From Antedon mediterranea (lineage: Eukaryota > Animalia > Echinodermata): a stretch of DNA of 64,000 nt. The translations under genes and the position numbers were made by a program. Shown one piece after another: positions 1 through 14,520 of the stretch; within the stretch, counting starts at the first letter, position 1, and each line of letters begins with the position of its first letter. The stretch is taken from assembly GCF_964355755.1 (NCBI RefSeq), contig NC_092670.1, positions 17,532,795 through 17,596,794 of the forward strand, in the 5' to 3' direction. The notes beneath the pieces are model-generated. The model saw only the letters and a list, made by a program, of their open reading frames with translations, searched no databases and was not told the DNA's origin.

Positions 1-2223
1 GCTGAACAATTATAGGACTAGATATATAGTTGTTTTGACATTTTTAAAACCTTTTTAATTTGTCTATTGTTCATTATAAAATATAAATTTTTGCAACTTG
101 ATAATACCCTCTCTTATTTTTCATCAGCGGTAAAAAAGCAGAACGAGCATCGTGAAATATAAGTCTCCTTTTAAAAAGGGTTGTACAGGACATTTTTTGC
201 TTTAACAAAACTGACAAAAAAGTAAATGTACCAACAATATAGACGCACTGATACAATACACTTTTATTGGTATTATGTAATCTAGGTCCTCAAATGAACC
301 CAGAACTGTAGAATTCCAGACAATTCAAGATAAAAGAATAAACCACCAATATATTCCATTTAATTATACAGAAGTTTATTGAACAAGATAAGCTCCATTT
401 TTATGAAGTTCAAACACAAATTTGATAAAAAATATTTAAATAGTTTTTATATATTTAAAAGTCCAATGTTATGTTCATCTTTTCAGTGGTAATCGCATTG
501 ATCTTCTATGGCTGTGTCACTGAAGGTCAAGGTCAAAGTTCATTAACCAATACCTGGTACCTGGTTAATTAGACACCCTATGAATGAATGAAGGTTAGTT
601 AGGAGAGATCTACTGAACTGTAAAGAACTACATGCTGGTTTTAATGTATGAACACTGGTATGACATCATCAAAAGACAGCCTGCATTATGTTGGGAGGTC
701 TAACTCCCACTCAGATACAACCACACAATAATGCAGGATACAAAGCCATAGTAAAATGTATTAGGTTAAAACTTGACCCAATTGTGTGTTTGGTGGACTT
801 ATTAGACCCCAATTTATTTAAGTTTACTGTACTGTACAATGTTGACACCATTCACCAGCAAGGAAACGACACAGAAAAATATATTTGATACCTTATGAGA
901 CCATCTCAGAATTATTCTACTGCAGTTACTGTAATTATCAAGCATGTTTTGAGTATCAATCATACAGTGTGTTTATTGCAGTGGCTGTCTTCTACATTGA
1001 AACACAACATGTAATATACTACAGTAGAATAATTTTGACATTAATTAAAATGCAACAAATTATTTTTGATATCTCCCTGTATAATCTTACCAAGTTTCAC
1101 AAGATGTCATGGTGTAATGTTTTATAATCACAGTGTAAAAAGATAATACAAAATTAAGCACATACAATAATGTTACATTAGGACCTGTTTCTGCTGCATC
1201 CTCAAAATACGGTATATTTCATTCAGTATTTTGAGTCCCCCGTTTCTTAATAGAAGCATTATCTTGTGTTATAAATTATCTTTTTTACCCAACCTGCCTT
1301 TCAATCCCCCAAAATAGGGACAAATTATTCCTTCTTTGCCCAAATCAGAATTTGTTGTTAGCGATGTTGTAGCCTCCACTTTCACATTCTCTTTTTGTTT
1401 TTTTATTGTTTGTTTTAACGACAAGTCCTCACATCCGTAATCTCCTTTAAATTTTGCTATTAATTTATTTTTCTAAATCTGGCTGTCTTGTTTGTTTTTA
1501 ATTTTCCCGAAATCTCTGTTTCCTGAACAGATTAATTGCAAATGTTGTGATGTTGTTCTTTACTATCGTTGACTATAGACATGTGTAAAAATCTAAATAT
1601 ATGGTATTGGCAGCAGGGAAGGGTACACAAAATATGGTATCAATTTATAAATACCATATTTTATTTGGTGGAGCAAAATACGGTATATTTTTGCGAGCAC
1701 CATTTCTGCTGCCAAAAAATACCATATAAAAATACCATATGGTACGTTTACACCTGTAAAGACGACTTTTTTGACACATAAAGGCTTTCACACATTTGAA
1801 TACCGATGTGAAATTTGTTTCAATAACATTTGATAATAGTGTGTGTATGTGTGTGAATCTGGTATTGATGTTTTACTTTTCTTCTTTATTTCAGACATAC
1901 AGTGAAGAATCTATAGCAAAAATAGAGAATCTGTGCAAAATCATAAATACATTAAAAAATGAAAATGTTTTTATAATAGTTATGTGATCACATAACAAGT
2001 AACAGGTGCATACAACCCACCAACATAAATTATTAATCTCCTATCGCTTGATATTGTCTTTAGATTTTTGAATCAACAGAAATTAATTAAGTCCTATTGT
2101 GTTTTCATATTTGTCTCGGTTGGTATCTTTCATTTATCATTAATACAATATTAGTATTAATTACAATATATCTGTAATATAGCATTTGTAAATTTAAGTT
2201 TATTAAAAACAAAAATAGTATAC

Positions 2224-2289
2224 CTTTCATATGCATTCTGTAATGAGAGTTGGTGTCTCGTTGTGAGCCTGATATCGTAGTATCTACAA
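2224..2289 (-). CDS. Candidate internal exon (66 nt) of the minus-strand gene
   Basis: Acceptor is a T-run followed by AG; donor AAG|GTATAC. Phase-1 reading xVDTTISGSQRDTNSHYRMHMK is open and fits the phase-1 exons at 12088 and 22317. Confidence 0.5.
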
Positions 2290-2794
2290 CTAAAAAAAAA
2301 ATATTTTATTAATTATAAGTCAATAAAAACATAAAACATAAAAGTAACAAAATATTTAAATTTTTTTGTTTTCAGTGAATGGTAATTAAGACTACAGAAA
2401 CTTTTCGGTCTGGCTCAAGGGTGATTTGGTTTTGGGAAGTTTAAGACTTGATTAAGATGTTGAGGAGAGGTGGTGACACACACTCTAAGCGGTTTACTTT
2501 GAAGTTGAATTGTGGTTTAATCAATTGCATATTTGATAAATATATGTCAAGATTAAAAGCATCATCACATTTTATTCTGTCACAAACACAAAATCTGGTG
2601 GGAACAGAGCTTTATAATAATAGCAACAAAAAGTTTGAATCTCAATAGCCCAGTGCGAAAGATACAGTAGTACAATATAAGTCTAGATACCGTATATACC
2701 TGTGTTCTTATGTAAACCTATAAAGAACAGCTGTTATTATAGGCAATACTAGTATAGTCATTATTTTATACACTTGGCATTTATCGATCAAGTA

Positions 2795-2994
2795 TGGTCA
2801 AAATTATTCTACTGCAGTTAATACTGCAGTAACTACATGTTTTACTGCAATAACAATTAAATAGGTCTATAAGACAGTCAATACAATAAACAAGTGTGTA
2901 GGATCCTACATCAAACATGATAATGCATATACAATTTAAAGAGTAAACAAAAATAGCTACTGCAGTAGTTGAGAATAATTATGACATAGTCCCT
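2795..2994. mobile_element. MITE family with TIR like AGGGACCATGTCAAAATTATTCTACTGCAGT
   Basis: tcaaaattattctactgcag...ctactgcagtag...aattatgacatagtccct. Further copies at ~897-1041, 5726-6092 (reverse orientation, interrupted by an L2-like tail at ~5995-6051), 11360-11520 and 29510-29550. Confidence 0.55.
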
Positions 2995-3331
2995 AGAAAG
3001 AATTATAATTATAGTTGCATATTGGTCTTTAATGGTATTACTTGAAATATAAAACTACTCTTTAAATTAAAGTTGTTGTATCAATCATTGCAAACGAGAT
3101 TTTGATTATTTTAAAATGGTTCTTCACAAATCTGACAGCAGTAAAGATAAAAATATTCACCTAAAGCAGGTGTGCTCTGTCGTCAAATTCAATTAATTAA
3201 AAAAAGAAATTGCATCATGTGCATTCGTTTTGATATTTGTTTAAAAATAGATTGCCACAAATGTTTTAAATTCAACAAAATGTATATTACTTGCGTTGTA
3301 GAGTATTCTTATTAATTATACAATACTGTAA

Positions 3332-3499
3332 AGCTTTATCTACACTATCAAACTAGTTTGACAAAACAAGCCTGATTTGCTCAAATAATGATAGTGATTT
3401 GCCCAAATATAATAGTGATATGTCCATACTGTATACCGTATGAGCTTATCACATGTTGTTGTCACATAAATTCTGATCAGTGATAGTGTAGACAGAGCT
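3332..3499. mobile_element. Harbinger-type MITE
   Basis: TAA|agctttatctacactatca ... tgatagtgtagacagagct|TTA. Confidence 0.7.
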
Positions 3500-4078
3500 T
3501 TAACAATAATTGTTTCTAATATCCTACTCCTACTGTACTATAATTAAAACACGCACCATACTTTTATTATCTCGCCAAGGAGGTTATGTTTTCACCCTGT
3601 ATGTGTCTGTGTGTGTTAATTGTTCCTCTATTTTCACTCACTACCATTATATAGTTTGTTTGAGAAACATTATGCCAACAGATCTGCTAGAGTAGCTAGC
3701 ACTCACTTAATTTGTAATTTCTGAAATACATCTTTATCTATTAATACATGTATTGAAACAGAATTTCATGCCTAAAAACATCATCAAACACAATTATAAA
3801 GCGGTGCCTGGATGAGGTAAACTAGTTGACCTATTAGATGACATATTATTTGAATGGACCCCTGAGAAAGTATTCGTTTAAGTGCTCCAACAAATGCATT
3901 ACATTTTGATAATAGTCCCCAGTTGATTAGTTCAGTCACAACAACAACAATTCTATGAGTCAACTCTTCCTAAATGAGTATCATTCAAATTCAATCATTT
4001 TATTGCAATGTGCAATTTATTTATGAAAATTGTATTTATTTATGAACCTGTAGGCCCTATTTACTTTTTAATAATTAA

Positions 4079-4229
4079 AGATTGTCCTCCAGAAACATGA
4101 AAAAGAAAGATTAATAAAATCAGATTTTGAATAAGCCATACTGTATTGTTTTAATGACATTAACTATGTGACATTAAAATGGCATATTAAAAAAACATAT
4201 ATTTTTTATGGGTACAATACTGTATATCT
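4079..4229. mobile_element. Short copy of the TTAA-flanked Kolobok-like family
   Basis: TTAA|agattgtcctccagaaacatgaaa...tatgtgacattaaaat...tatatct|TTAA. Confidence 0.5.
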
Positions 4230-5021
4230 TTAAATAATAAAATCTTAATAATTGTTTAACTACGATATAGCTTTGCATCAGAAATATTATAAATCAACAG
4301 TTTTATAGACTCAATAGTACATACTATTGCATGCAATGTGACCCACAATAGTCCAATTAAATGAATGGAATTTATTTAGGTGTGTTTTGTTTGCGTCAGT
4401 ATAATAATTGTACAGTCAAGTACTCAAAAAAAAAATAAATAAAATAAATAAAAAAAAATACTATTAATATTCTATAATTATGAAATATTTTTGTTGGATT
4501 AATTTGCTTCATAACAGAGACAAAGCTTAATGTAGGGAGGGTAGTACTTATTACAGTAGAAATTATACTTCATTTTTACATTAGAATTGAATAACTAACA
4601 TTTTTTAAGGATAAATCTCTAGATAGATCTGCGCTATCCACTACAGTACATACTATGATACTATAACAATTAAATCTAGCAAGCATTCAGTTTTATTATA
4701 AATAGCAGAGAGTGTGAGCAAATGACTAAATTCTTTAAGTATTATGCTTAATTAATTTCCTTCCTAATTAATTATAAGATATAAGGTATAGAATATTTTC
4801 TTGAGGTCAATGACCAATCAGATTAGGTCATTAGTGGTAATAACCATCTCTAATATTATCCACATTACGAAATGAGGAGATGTCTGTCAGACTAATTTTC
4901 TTAATAAAATAGGGTTAAATAAGCGCTTCAATAGGGGTTGTCGTGTGAGGGTAAACGTCACCTAGGAGTAACAGGAATGGTTTATATGTGGAAGCATAAA
5001 CATGGTTCCAACTTCAATGAA

Positions 5022-5160
5022 ATTTTTTTTTTTTTTTTTTCAATCAATCAATTTTATTTCTCAAATAAAAACAAAATACAGTTACATTTTCTAGAAATAA
5101 TAGATAATATAATAGCATTATAATTCTTTCAGATAGATCCAGGATTTATAATTAGTAATG
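5022..5160 (-). mobile_element. Retroposon 3' end (poly(A) on minus strand)
   Basis: T19 run followed by caatcaatcaattttatt, i.e. AATAAA-(TTGA)n-poly(A) on the minus strand. Confidence 0.35.
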
Positions 5161-6896
5161 AAATGGGGAGAGGGGGGGGGGGGTGGCGATGTAGGCCTTG
5201 AATCCACATTATTATACAGCAATAATACAATATTCTCATCATATACTATAGAATGTACATGGAATATTGCCAAAGTAGCATGCAAAAAGCTATACAAAAC
5301 TACCTTAGTGTTATACCTGTATACTGCATAGCAAAAAATACAGCACAAAACTATATAGTCTCAAAATTCAGTTTGATAGCAATATTGCTAAAACAAAACT
5401 TTTAAAAGATTTTTACCTGAACGTTATCATTTAACTTTTATCTTAGGCAACAACAATGTACATACATCGAAAGTGAAATAGTTTTCTCTTAAAATATAAC
5501 AAAAGTTTGGTTAACAGTACTATTTCTGGTATTCCCAGGGATTAGCAAGCAGAATGTTATCACAAACTTGCAATGAATTTCAAAAGTTCCATCAGCTAAA
5601 AATACTTCATAACGGTTATCGTTGTAATCAATAACGTATTAGAGCAAGTTCTTCTGTTTGTAAATTAAAAATAATTTTTAACAGGTGAACATATGATATA
5701 TTCAGCTATTTTAAGATATTGCTGTAATTATTCTACTGCAGTAGCTACATTTGTTTACTCTTTAACCCATGGAATTCCTCCATGTTTAACCATAGCATAG
5801 CAAAAGGTCTTATTGAAATGCTTGCTATTTATACACATTGTTTATTGCAGTGAAAGCTTCATAAGCTTAGATTGAAACAAACTAAAATCATGTTAAATTG
5901 CATTAAATAATGTAGATTGGTTTTTATTTCGGTTTTTGTCAAAAATTATCAGTAGTATTTAGGTTTTAAAGTTAATTTGTTTCATGGTTTTCACAAGCGC
6001 CTTGACCACTTTTGTGGATATGTGCGCTGTATAAATCTTATTGTTATTATTTCTGTAGTAAACTAGAGTACAATCATTGTGACATGATCCCTAAATTAAA
6101 CATAATTCAAAACGGTTGCTATTACTGCAGTAACTATATTTTTTCTGAAATAATGTTTGGTTTGTGAACAGTATAGAAACTTAAGAGATAATGTAGTCAC
6201 TGAAAATGTAGTGACTGCCGTAACTGCAGTAGAATAATGAATAATTTTGGCAGATTCCTTATTCAATAAAACTCTGTTAAAATGTTAAATATTTTATCAA
6301 GATGTAACAAAAACTATTCAAAAAATATTTTTCTTTAATAATGACAGTAAAGTATAGGCTAAGGTTATTCAAAGGTATCTACGAGCAATATAAATCTACC
6401 CCCCTATAGTCTTCTGTCTCTAGGCTAAAGTTTAAAGTATGTTAAAACTCACTATAAAAATCAATGATCTATGCTATGAATGAGAGCATGCTTCATAACC
6501 GTTGTATTGGCATTCACCCAAACCAATAGATATAGCTATAGTTTGATCATCGATGGATATCAGATAGAAGAATCAAAGTTGAACAATTCAGTAACATTGT
6601 GTATCAAATTCTAATAATACAATATTAGAACAAGTCCCTTAAGACAAATATGAAAACTTTTAAAATGCTTTCTGTCATTTGGATCACTTAAAATAAACCG
6701 TACACAGTCCCTAGCCTATGAATTAACTGTCAACAACCTGAAGCATAAAGGAGTTTATATACACATATGATAACATTTAACACCTAAATAAATTCCTGTC
6801 ATTTGATTGGGGGTCACACGGCGTGCAATAGTACATAGTAATTGATGCAGTAGTCACAAATGCCGCAGCTTCGTCTCTTTTTGTCTTCAATACCCG

Positions 6897-7266
6897 CTAG
6901 CCCATATTTCCAATTGCTAGCTATATGCCCTATTTCTAGCCTATACTGTATGCCCCGCTGCAAGCCGGTATGTTCCATTGCTAGCCCGAATGCCCCATTG
7001 CTAGCCCGAATGCCCCATTGCTAGCCCGAATGCCCCATTGCTAGCCAATATGCCCTTTTTTCTACCCTATATGCCCTTTTTTCTACCCTATATGCCCCAT
7101 TGCTAGCCCATATGCCCCATCCATTGATAGCCCATGCCCCATCCTTTGTTAGCCCATATGCTCCATTGCTAGCCCATATGCCCCATTGCCAGCCTATATG
7201 CCCTATTGTTAGTCCACATACCCCATTGTTAACCATATGCCCGTTGCTAGTCCATTTCTAGCCCAT
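6897..7266. repeat. Degenerate ~20-bp minisatellite (GCTAGCCCATATGCCCCATT)
   Basis: Repeated unit with variants; it generates the spurious ORF 7021-7236. Confidence 0.9.
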
Positions 7267-10023
7267 ATTATTGAGTTTATACAATTAACAAGTTTGAAAG
7301 TAGTTCTAGTAGAGCTGATTGTTGAAAGCTATACTAGCACATCGCCTAGTGGCTAGCCAGATTTCTACTTTATTTCAAAAAGACGGTGTGCAAAAAGAAA
7401 CGCAAAGCTTAACGAATACAACTGGTTCAAACTTGTGTGAGAACTGTCAAGATTACTAATTTTGGATTCAGCTTGGCAGGCCATCAAATTGTTGGCCTGT
7501 CAATCAACAATCGTGTTAACGACCTCAGAGAGTGTAGTTAGGAAACCATATCTCAATATAAATTATGATAGATTTAGTGAAGTGTTCCGACAAATGATAT
7601 TATTTCTTTGATTGAAATAATTTCCAAAGTCTTTCAGATCTACATGTGTATTTGTCCCCCGAAACATGAAAGATAAAATCAATAGGCCATTTTGTAGTTT
7701 TAATAAACTTATTCACTTTTGTCATCAAATTTACACAATAATTAATAATTTATTATTTTGCTTAAAGACATATAACTCAATGATTGTTAAAATAATCACA
7801 AGTCAACTATTGCTATTGCAATACATTGTTTATCTTTATTTTCTTATTCAAAGAAGAAATAATCAATATAATATATATAAAATGTTTAACTTGTTTTAGT
7901 ATTGTACAAAATACATTAACATTGGGTCACGTTCTTGATGCGACATTTCTTGGCAGCTATGAAAGGCCAACCGTGTCAATAAAGTGTTTGTTTATTAAAT
8001 TTATTTAAAGCATTTATATGCGCATTTATATTTCTAAGAATTTTATTTTAATTGGCGATTTCAATTTCCAAAAGCAATATTTAAAATAAGTTCCTTTCCA
8101 TGGAAACTATGTTTTATCTAATTTTTGTTCTGTTTCCTTTTTCTAGGTAAAGGCTAAGGGTGATCCGAATAGTCTGATACTACTTCGGTGACCTAAATAA
8201 AAGAGACGGAGGTCAATCTATCTCAAACGAAAGGTGGAAGGGTTCTCATAGGAGAAGAAGGGATCACGTTGTATGCATTAATCATTCTAAAATGATTTAT
8301 GTGTAAATAATAATTGCACCAGTGCCAGAAAATAACCAGTTAAATACTGTGTGAATAAATTATCTCTATTTCGTTGGCGGTAGAAACAGTGGGACAAATT
8401 TCAAATAACCTATGCCCTTCTAGAAATTCAAATTAAGATCATTGTTGCATTGCACTGTTGCAGCAAAAAACTTTGAAATGGTTTTCAATGATTGGAATCG
8501 GTTGGGGTCTATGATACTGTGTGTGTGTACTCATTCCTGCGATTAAGAAAATAATAAAAGATTCAGTACCGGTAGTTAAAAAATGAAGGGTATTAAACAT
8601 TAAATTGAATATTTCTAGGAAGATAAAGAAAAAATAAGGACTTTGAAATCGTAGATATTTTTTTAATGATTCAAAAACAACACAAACACAGTTTAAAATT
8701 GACCTTACATTAGGTCATTGAATGGCGCGGACATTTAAATACAGTAATCTCTTTAGTTTCAGTTTAGATTTGAGTAAAATTAGGCTGCAATGTGATCATT
8801 TTTTCAAAGAAAAGTGTTCTTTTGGAATTTCTCAAGCTCGATAAATCTTGAAACTTCAATATCAATGTAAGATTATTTTGATGTACTAATAAAAATAATA
8901 TATTTGATTACAGTGACACTTCAATGGTGTTTGTCAACAAGACTGAAAGAACATTCATTTCAATGGAATACAAAAAGTACAAAAATAGCACAAGAAAAAA
9001 AATTAACTATTGTGAGTGGCTGTATCACAGGCCGTAACACATAGGTGGCAAATGCTATAATAGAGTGGGCCTGTATTATAGCATTTGCCTGTGATACTGG
9101 CATATAATGCCATGTGCAGATACAGCAGAGAATCAGGTGGTTAGATTTTGTAGACTAGAAGTTATATTATAGTGGTAATAAATGTCCAAAACAAGCCCTT
9201 TAAACCCATAAACTCATCAAAAGCCTATTCTCTCATAAAATTCTTTGAAAAACTGTATTATGTGAAAATCAGAATTTTAGGAAAATTGGAAATTGAAATT
9301 GAAAATGCCCAAAAACATTCTATTGTTAATTGATAGTTTACTGACCTAATAAAAATAACAACAATAATATAATAGGTTTAGGTACATTTTTTATATTGCA
9401 TCAATTGATGAAATTTTAACCATAATTTTTTTTATCATTTTGTGTCATTACATTTTAAGAATACGGTAGTCTGAAATACAGTCTAATAAATTCAACAATA
9501 ACACTGCAGTAAATATTTATCTATCTACATACTGGATTTTATATATTTCCATTTACATGATTTTAACTGTTTTTCTTTCTACTATGCGTGTCATAGAATG
9601 GATATAAATATCAGAATCTGATATTATAACAATTGATATAGCGTACTACCGTCATAGGATTACTGTAGTAGGCATTATGACATCATAAGTATTATGTAAC
9701 ATCCTGGCTTCGGATATTTTTAAATACCGCCTACGCAACTTGTGAAATTAGCTCATTAGAAAATTAATTAATATTAATATTATAAATTGTAGAAAATAAT
9801 TTCCAAGAAATTGTATCATGCTGAATAATTCACTTGGTGAAAACCAGGAGGTATTACAGAGCTCAAACTATTCCTTGGTGAAATTCCCCTTTAAAATAAT
9901 AGTCCTCAAAATATAGCAAAGAAACCACGACAACTTTAATGAACTTGCTTTTTTAGTAGAATCATTATAAAGATGCTGTTTATAATGTTTGCTTTCCAGG
10001 ATTCAACGCAAACATAGAGATTT

Positions 10024-10157
10024 ATGCACAGGCCTCGCGTCCAACCAGTGTGGAACTAACTTTAGATCTAAACATCTTTTCATACACTACATGCACAGGC
10101 CTCGCGTCCAACCAGTGTGGAACCAACTTTAGATCTAAACATCTTTTCATACACTAC
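10024..10157. repeat. Two tandem 67-bp copies
   Basis: atgcacaggcctcgcgtccaaccagtgtggaac...catacactac twice, one mismatch. Confidence 0.92.
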
Positions 10158-12087
10158 AGTAGGTTTAGATCAGTGCGTGTTATTTTGTCAAACATTTCAT
10201 CTTTTTATCAAGAGCTTAAAAACTAATAAAGTTTGTACAAATTGAAATAAAAACTGCGACTGACATTTACATTGTTGGTAAATTATTGCTGTAGTTGAAT
10301 AAATAAATTAAATAATCAATTCGAACACCGTCATCACAAAATAGACCAGTAGTTAATACTTAGATGTCACTAATCATATTCTTAACAATGTGTCCAAACA
10401 ATAACTTATTGATTATATAATATAATACCTATATATAATATTGATACTTTATTCAAATATTATATAGTGTGTTTAAATGTGCCTAAACCTATATGTTGTA
10501 TTTTGTTTATAGTGTGTTTAAAATTCCACTTTGCATTTTATGTGCATTTTAAAGAGTCTATTATTGTCACAAGAACATAAAAATTTGTTAGCGCAATATT
10601 TGGTAATAAAATTTGGCTAGTCTCAAAGATATTGAAAGCTATTCCAGTTAAAATAGTAGTTAAACCAATAATTAGTTGAAGCAATGTAAAAGTCATTAGT
10701 GGTGTTTATATAATAAGACTAACACATGATTACAGTACGAGTCTTGTATTCACACATATGCCCATCTACTTTGTAGCACTTTAAATTCATTACTAGCACA
10801 TACTAAACTTTACATTAAATACACCATTAATTTCTGTTAATAACAAAACATCAATACAATTATATTATATTTATTTAGAATAGACAAATAATCAATTTAT
10901 CATAATTTGGTGTATTGGCCTCAGGATTTTTCAAATAAATTAATGCACTTAAAAATTGTTTAAAAGAATGCACTTAAATTGTATAAAAGAATGCACTCTT
11001 CTACGTTTCTTTTTTTTTTAATTCTTAAAAATATGAGATGACCTTTTAATTTACGGAAGAAAAAAGTGTCAGGAAATGACTAGTTAAAATAACAAAATAA
11101 GAGTACAGAAATGTGTGGATGTGAAAAGGGCAAAGTGCTACCATGTTGACCAAGTAAGGGGCCTAGACAACTACACTAAAGTAAAGTAATGTTGCCTTAA
11201 GGGGTCTTGTTAAAATGATTCTACTGCAGTACTAACAGGTTGACCGGGTAGGGACCTAGAAAAATACACCAAGTACACCATGTACAATCTGTTGCCATTA
11301 TTCTAACTGCAGCTACTGCAAGGAGGGACCTAGAAAACTACACTACTACAGTGTACTGTATGTTCCATGTCAAAATTATTCTTGATGTGAAAGTTTATGA
11401 AGGTCACTGCAAAGCAATACACAATGTGCATGATTTTCAAAAAATCTTGCTAAAAAATTGCATATATTGAAGAGTAGTTACTGCCGTAAATGCAGTAGTA
11501 TAATTTTGACATGGTCCCTAAGAATACTTACAGTATTCATTGGCTAATTAACATAATAGATTTAAGTATAAAATAGAAAAATATAAATAATATTCGATTT
11601 AACACAAGCTGAATGAAGATTTATTTATTTATCCAGGGTAGAAAAACAGTTTGATTTCAGGTTGTAATTAATGTAGATAATGCTCTCCATATTGTGATTG
11701 GCAATTGCCTCCGAGAATGATGAAAATAGAAATAAAAAATAAACATTCATAATTGAGTAGAATACCATATAAGACAAGGAAACTTAAAGCACTATAATAA
11801 TAATACCGTATTAGGGTTCTACCTAACCATACTAGACCCCAGTAATGTTTAACCCCACACCACAGACGTAAGCAGCAATATACAGTATACTTAACACGTT
11901 AGTGCGGTATCCACTGTTTAACATACAGTGGTAGCAAGCTACAGTAGTGTATTGGTATGAAATATTAAGGAGGCCAACTCGTGTACAAAATTGTTAGCAA
12001 GTTTATTTTCAAATGTACTGATTAATTCCAAATTATGTCAGAACTGTACAAAACATTTTAAAAAGATTAAACCAAGTACAAACTTAC

Positions 12088-12190
12088 ATCTTACACGCCT
12101 CTCTGCTCTGCGTTTCAGGTTCTCACGATCCCTCGTATGGTTCATCTTAAGCATACTAACAGCCTCTGTTGGCTTACAGAGCTCCGGCAT
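12088..12190 (-). CDS. Candidate ATG-containing first exon of an unidentified minus-strand gene
   Basis: ATG at 12190 opens MPELCKPTEAVSMLKMNHTRDRENLKRRAERRVR (34 codons + 1 nt), ending at a consensus donor T|GTAAGT. More GC-rich than the flanks, with promoter-like motifs just upstream. Confidence 0.55.
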
Positions 12191-12276
12191 TATAAACAAG
12201 TTATTTTTCAAACAGTCTAATGAAATTTCCTATACATCAAGTAATATAATAACAAGCGTGTATGTCTGTGTCCACA

Positions 12277-12342
12277 GACTGACTAAGACTTTGCGATTCG
12301 TGTATTGTACCTTAGACACAGCCCTGACTCACACTCTATTGG
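12277..12342 (-). promoter_or_regulatory. Candidate promoter for the 12190 exon (CCAAT, AP-1, Inr)
   Basis: Minus strand reads CCAAT (12342-12338), TGAGTCA (12331-12325) and Inr-like TCAGTC (12282-12277), in the expected order upstream of the ATG. Confidence 0.4.
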
Positions 12343-14520
12343 CCTAAATATAAAATGATTCTTTATCTAGGTTTGCACACAGAGATTTGGTGCGGCTAAA
12401 AAAAGACTATTTGTGTTAATTTATTTACATATTGTCCTAGCCTTAAGGTTCAAGACTTGTTTCAGGGGAAGTGGACTATTCCATTTATCAACAGGGATAT
12501 GTTATGGATCAATTCAAGGGTTATTAATAGCCGATTGATTGCCTTTTGTGGGATATGTTCCACCGCCGACAAAAATAAATGATACCTTCCTTTAGGAAAT
12601 CAATATAACGAGCGAATAAATGAAAAGAAAGATGTAAACAGAATGCGGCTGCGATCTATATTAAGTGTCAGCTGTCAACAACTTTAATTTCACAGCTGTA
12701 ATGTACAGTAATTCAACATATTTTTACTGTAATAGTTAAATAAATACCATGCAGTTTAATAACAACAATAACGATAACATTTATAGTCAATTATACTGTA
12801 TTCATATTAATGATGAATTTAATGTACAGTTAATGTATTGTAAAATGACACACAGTATACAATATAGTACTTTAGTACAGTAGGTCAGTACAAGCACTTA
12901 CTGTATAGTACAGAATTATTATAGTACTGTACCAGTTAGTAGACAGACCATCTAGTTACAGACGTACATTGTAGCAGTGGGAAAAAAGTGCTCTTTTTGC
13001 AGTTCAACATATTCTAATCTCAATGTGAAACTCTTATAGTGACATCAATTGTTTTGTCACTTACCTTTTAAATGTCACTTAAGACAATGAAACTGAAACA
13101 CAAGAGATGAAACAATGGTGACATTAGCACTGTGATAGTTGTTTTTGATTTGAAGTAAAAACTTCAGAAAGAGAGAATACTGTCCTCAACAAATGAAGGA
13201 CTCAAATTTGCAATTTGTTGAGATTTTACGTCAACGTCAGTCCAGATTGGGCAATTAATTCCAACTAATTAATATGGAAAGATAGAATTCAAACAATCCC
13301 TGTCTCAGTACTATCTATAGTACTGTTTAATAAATTGCGTTTGTCAAAAAAAAAAAAGCCGTCCTTTCAGTTACAAACGACATTGTCTCAATACAATGCT
13401 AACAAAGATATTTGGCTGCTATCCAAGTATTGCTTTTTATACATGTACATAAAATAACAAAGGTGGAACACCAGAATAACATCAATAAACTTTTATATAC
13501 ACGCGATTCTACTCAAAGACTGTTTTTCAATTAATAGGTTCAATCTATTTTTAACAACATTGTTGTTATTAAAGTAAAAGCAAAGATAAAATCTAATTAT
13601 AACTTTTATCTCTGTGCTTGGACAGAACTTGCGGACAGAACTTGCGGACAAAACGTGCAAATTATATTATCCCCTTCATTTCAAAATGTAAAAGCAGTTT
13701 ACCAGTGTCCAATGGATGACCACCATCTACTGTAATTAGTGAATTCATGATGGACTAGATACAATGTAGAATATGGCTGAGATTGCAAAGAAATTCTATA
13801 AAACAACCTTTTTTTCAATAGAAATTGTTCTAATGATACGGCTACATTAAAATAAAATGGTATCTCAATGTTGTTTTCACAATGCTCCATATGGCAATTA
13901 TTTTACTAGATACTGTATACACACACATGACTGCGCGAAAAACAAAAAGTTGCTAATGCTCTACGCGCAGTCGGACACGAACTGAACTGGTGTTGGACCA
14001 GAGCAGCGTGAAAGACGCTGCTTCTTTTAAGGCTCGACAGTCGCGATTAATATTTCGCATTGACACAAATATCTACTATACTTTTTGAATAGAATCAATC
14101 ACATACCGGTAATAAGAATACACAATATTATAAAGAACAGCATAGTATCAGTATGCATAATTATTAATGATAATATAATTATGAATACTTTCATTATTTG
14201 AATTTTAACAGAATTTTCAATAGAAAGTAATTACAGAATGGTTGAGTACCAGCAACATCTAAAACATAATAACCTCATAATATTGACAATGACATTACAA
14301 CGCATGCTAGGGCATGCTAGGTTATGTATGGTTTGATTTTTGTTACAGTAATATAGCTTTCTCAATCAAACTATTTGTCTACTCTGTCAGGAATATTTTG
14401 TAAGAAATGAAGCCACTCGGTTGTTTCAAACGAAGTAATTATTTTATAAAACTTTATCAGTTTTGATCGTTTATCAATTACTGAAATGGAATAAGATGAA
14501 ACTTTTCCATGAACTGTAAT

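Noticed and set aside
1180-1760. Repeated AAAATAC(G/C)GTAT-like motifs suggesting transposon subterminal repeats or an exon
   Set aside because: No matching TIR pair or TSD found, and no open spliced frame.
5400-5670. Plus-strand peptide FHQLKILHNGYRCN resembling an L1/Tx1 C-terminal region, opposite a minus-strand poly(A) end (possible inverted LINE)
   Set aside because: Too degenerate to support without an alignment.
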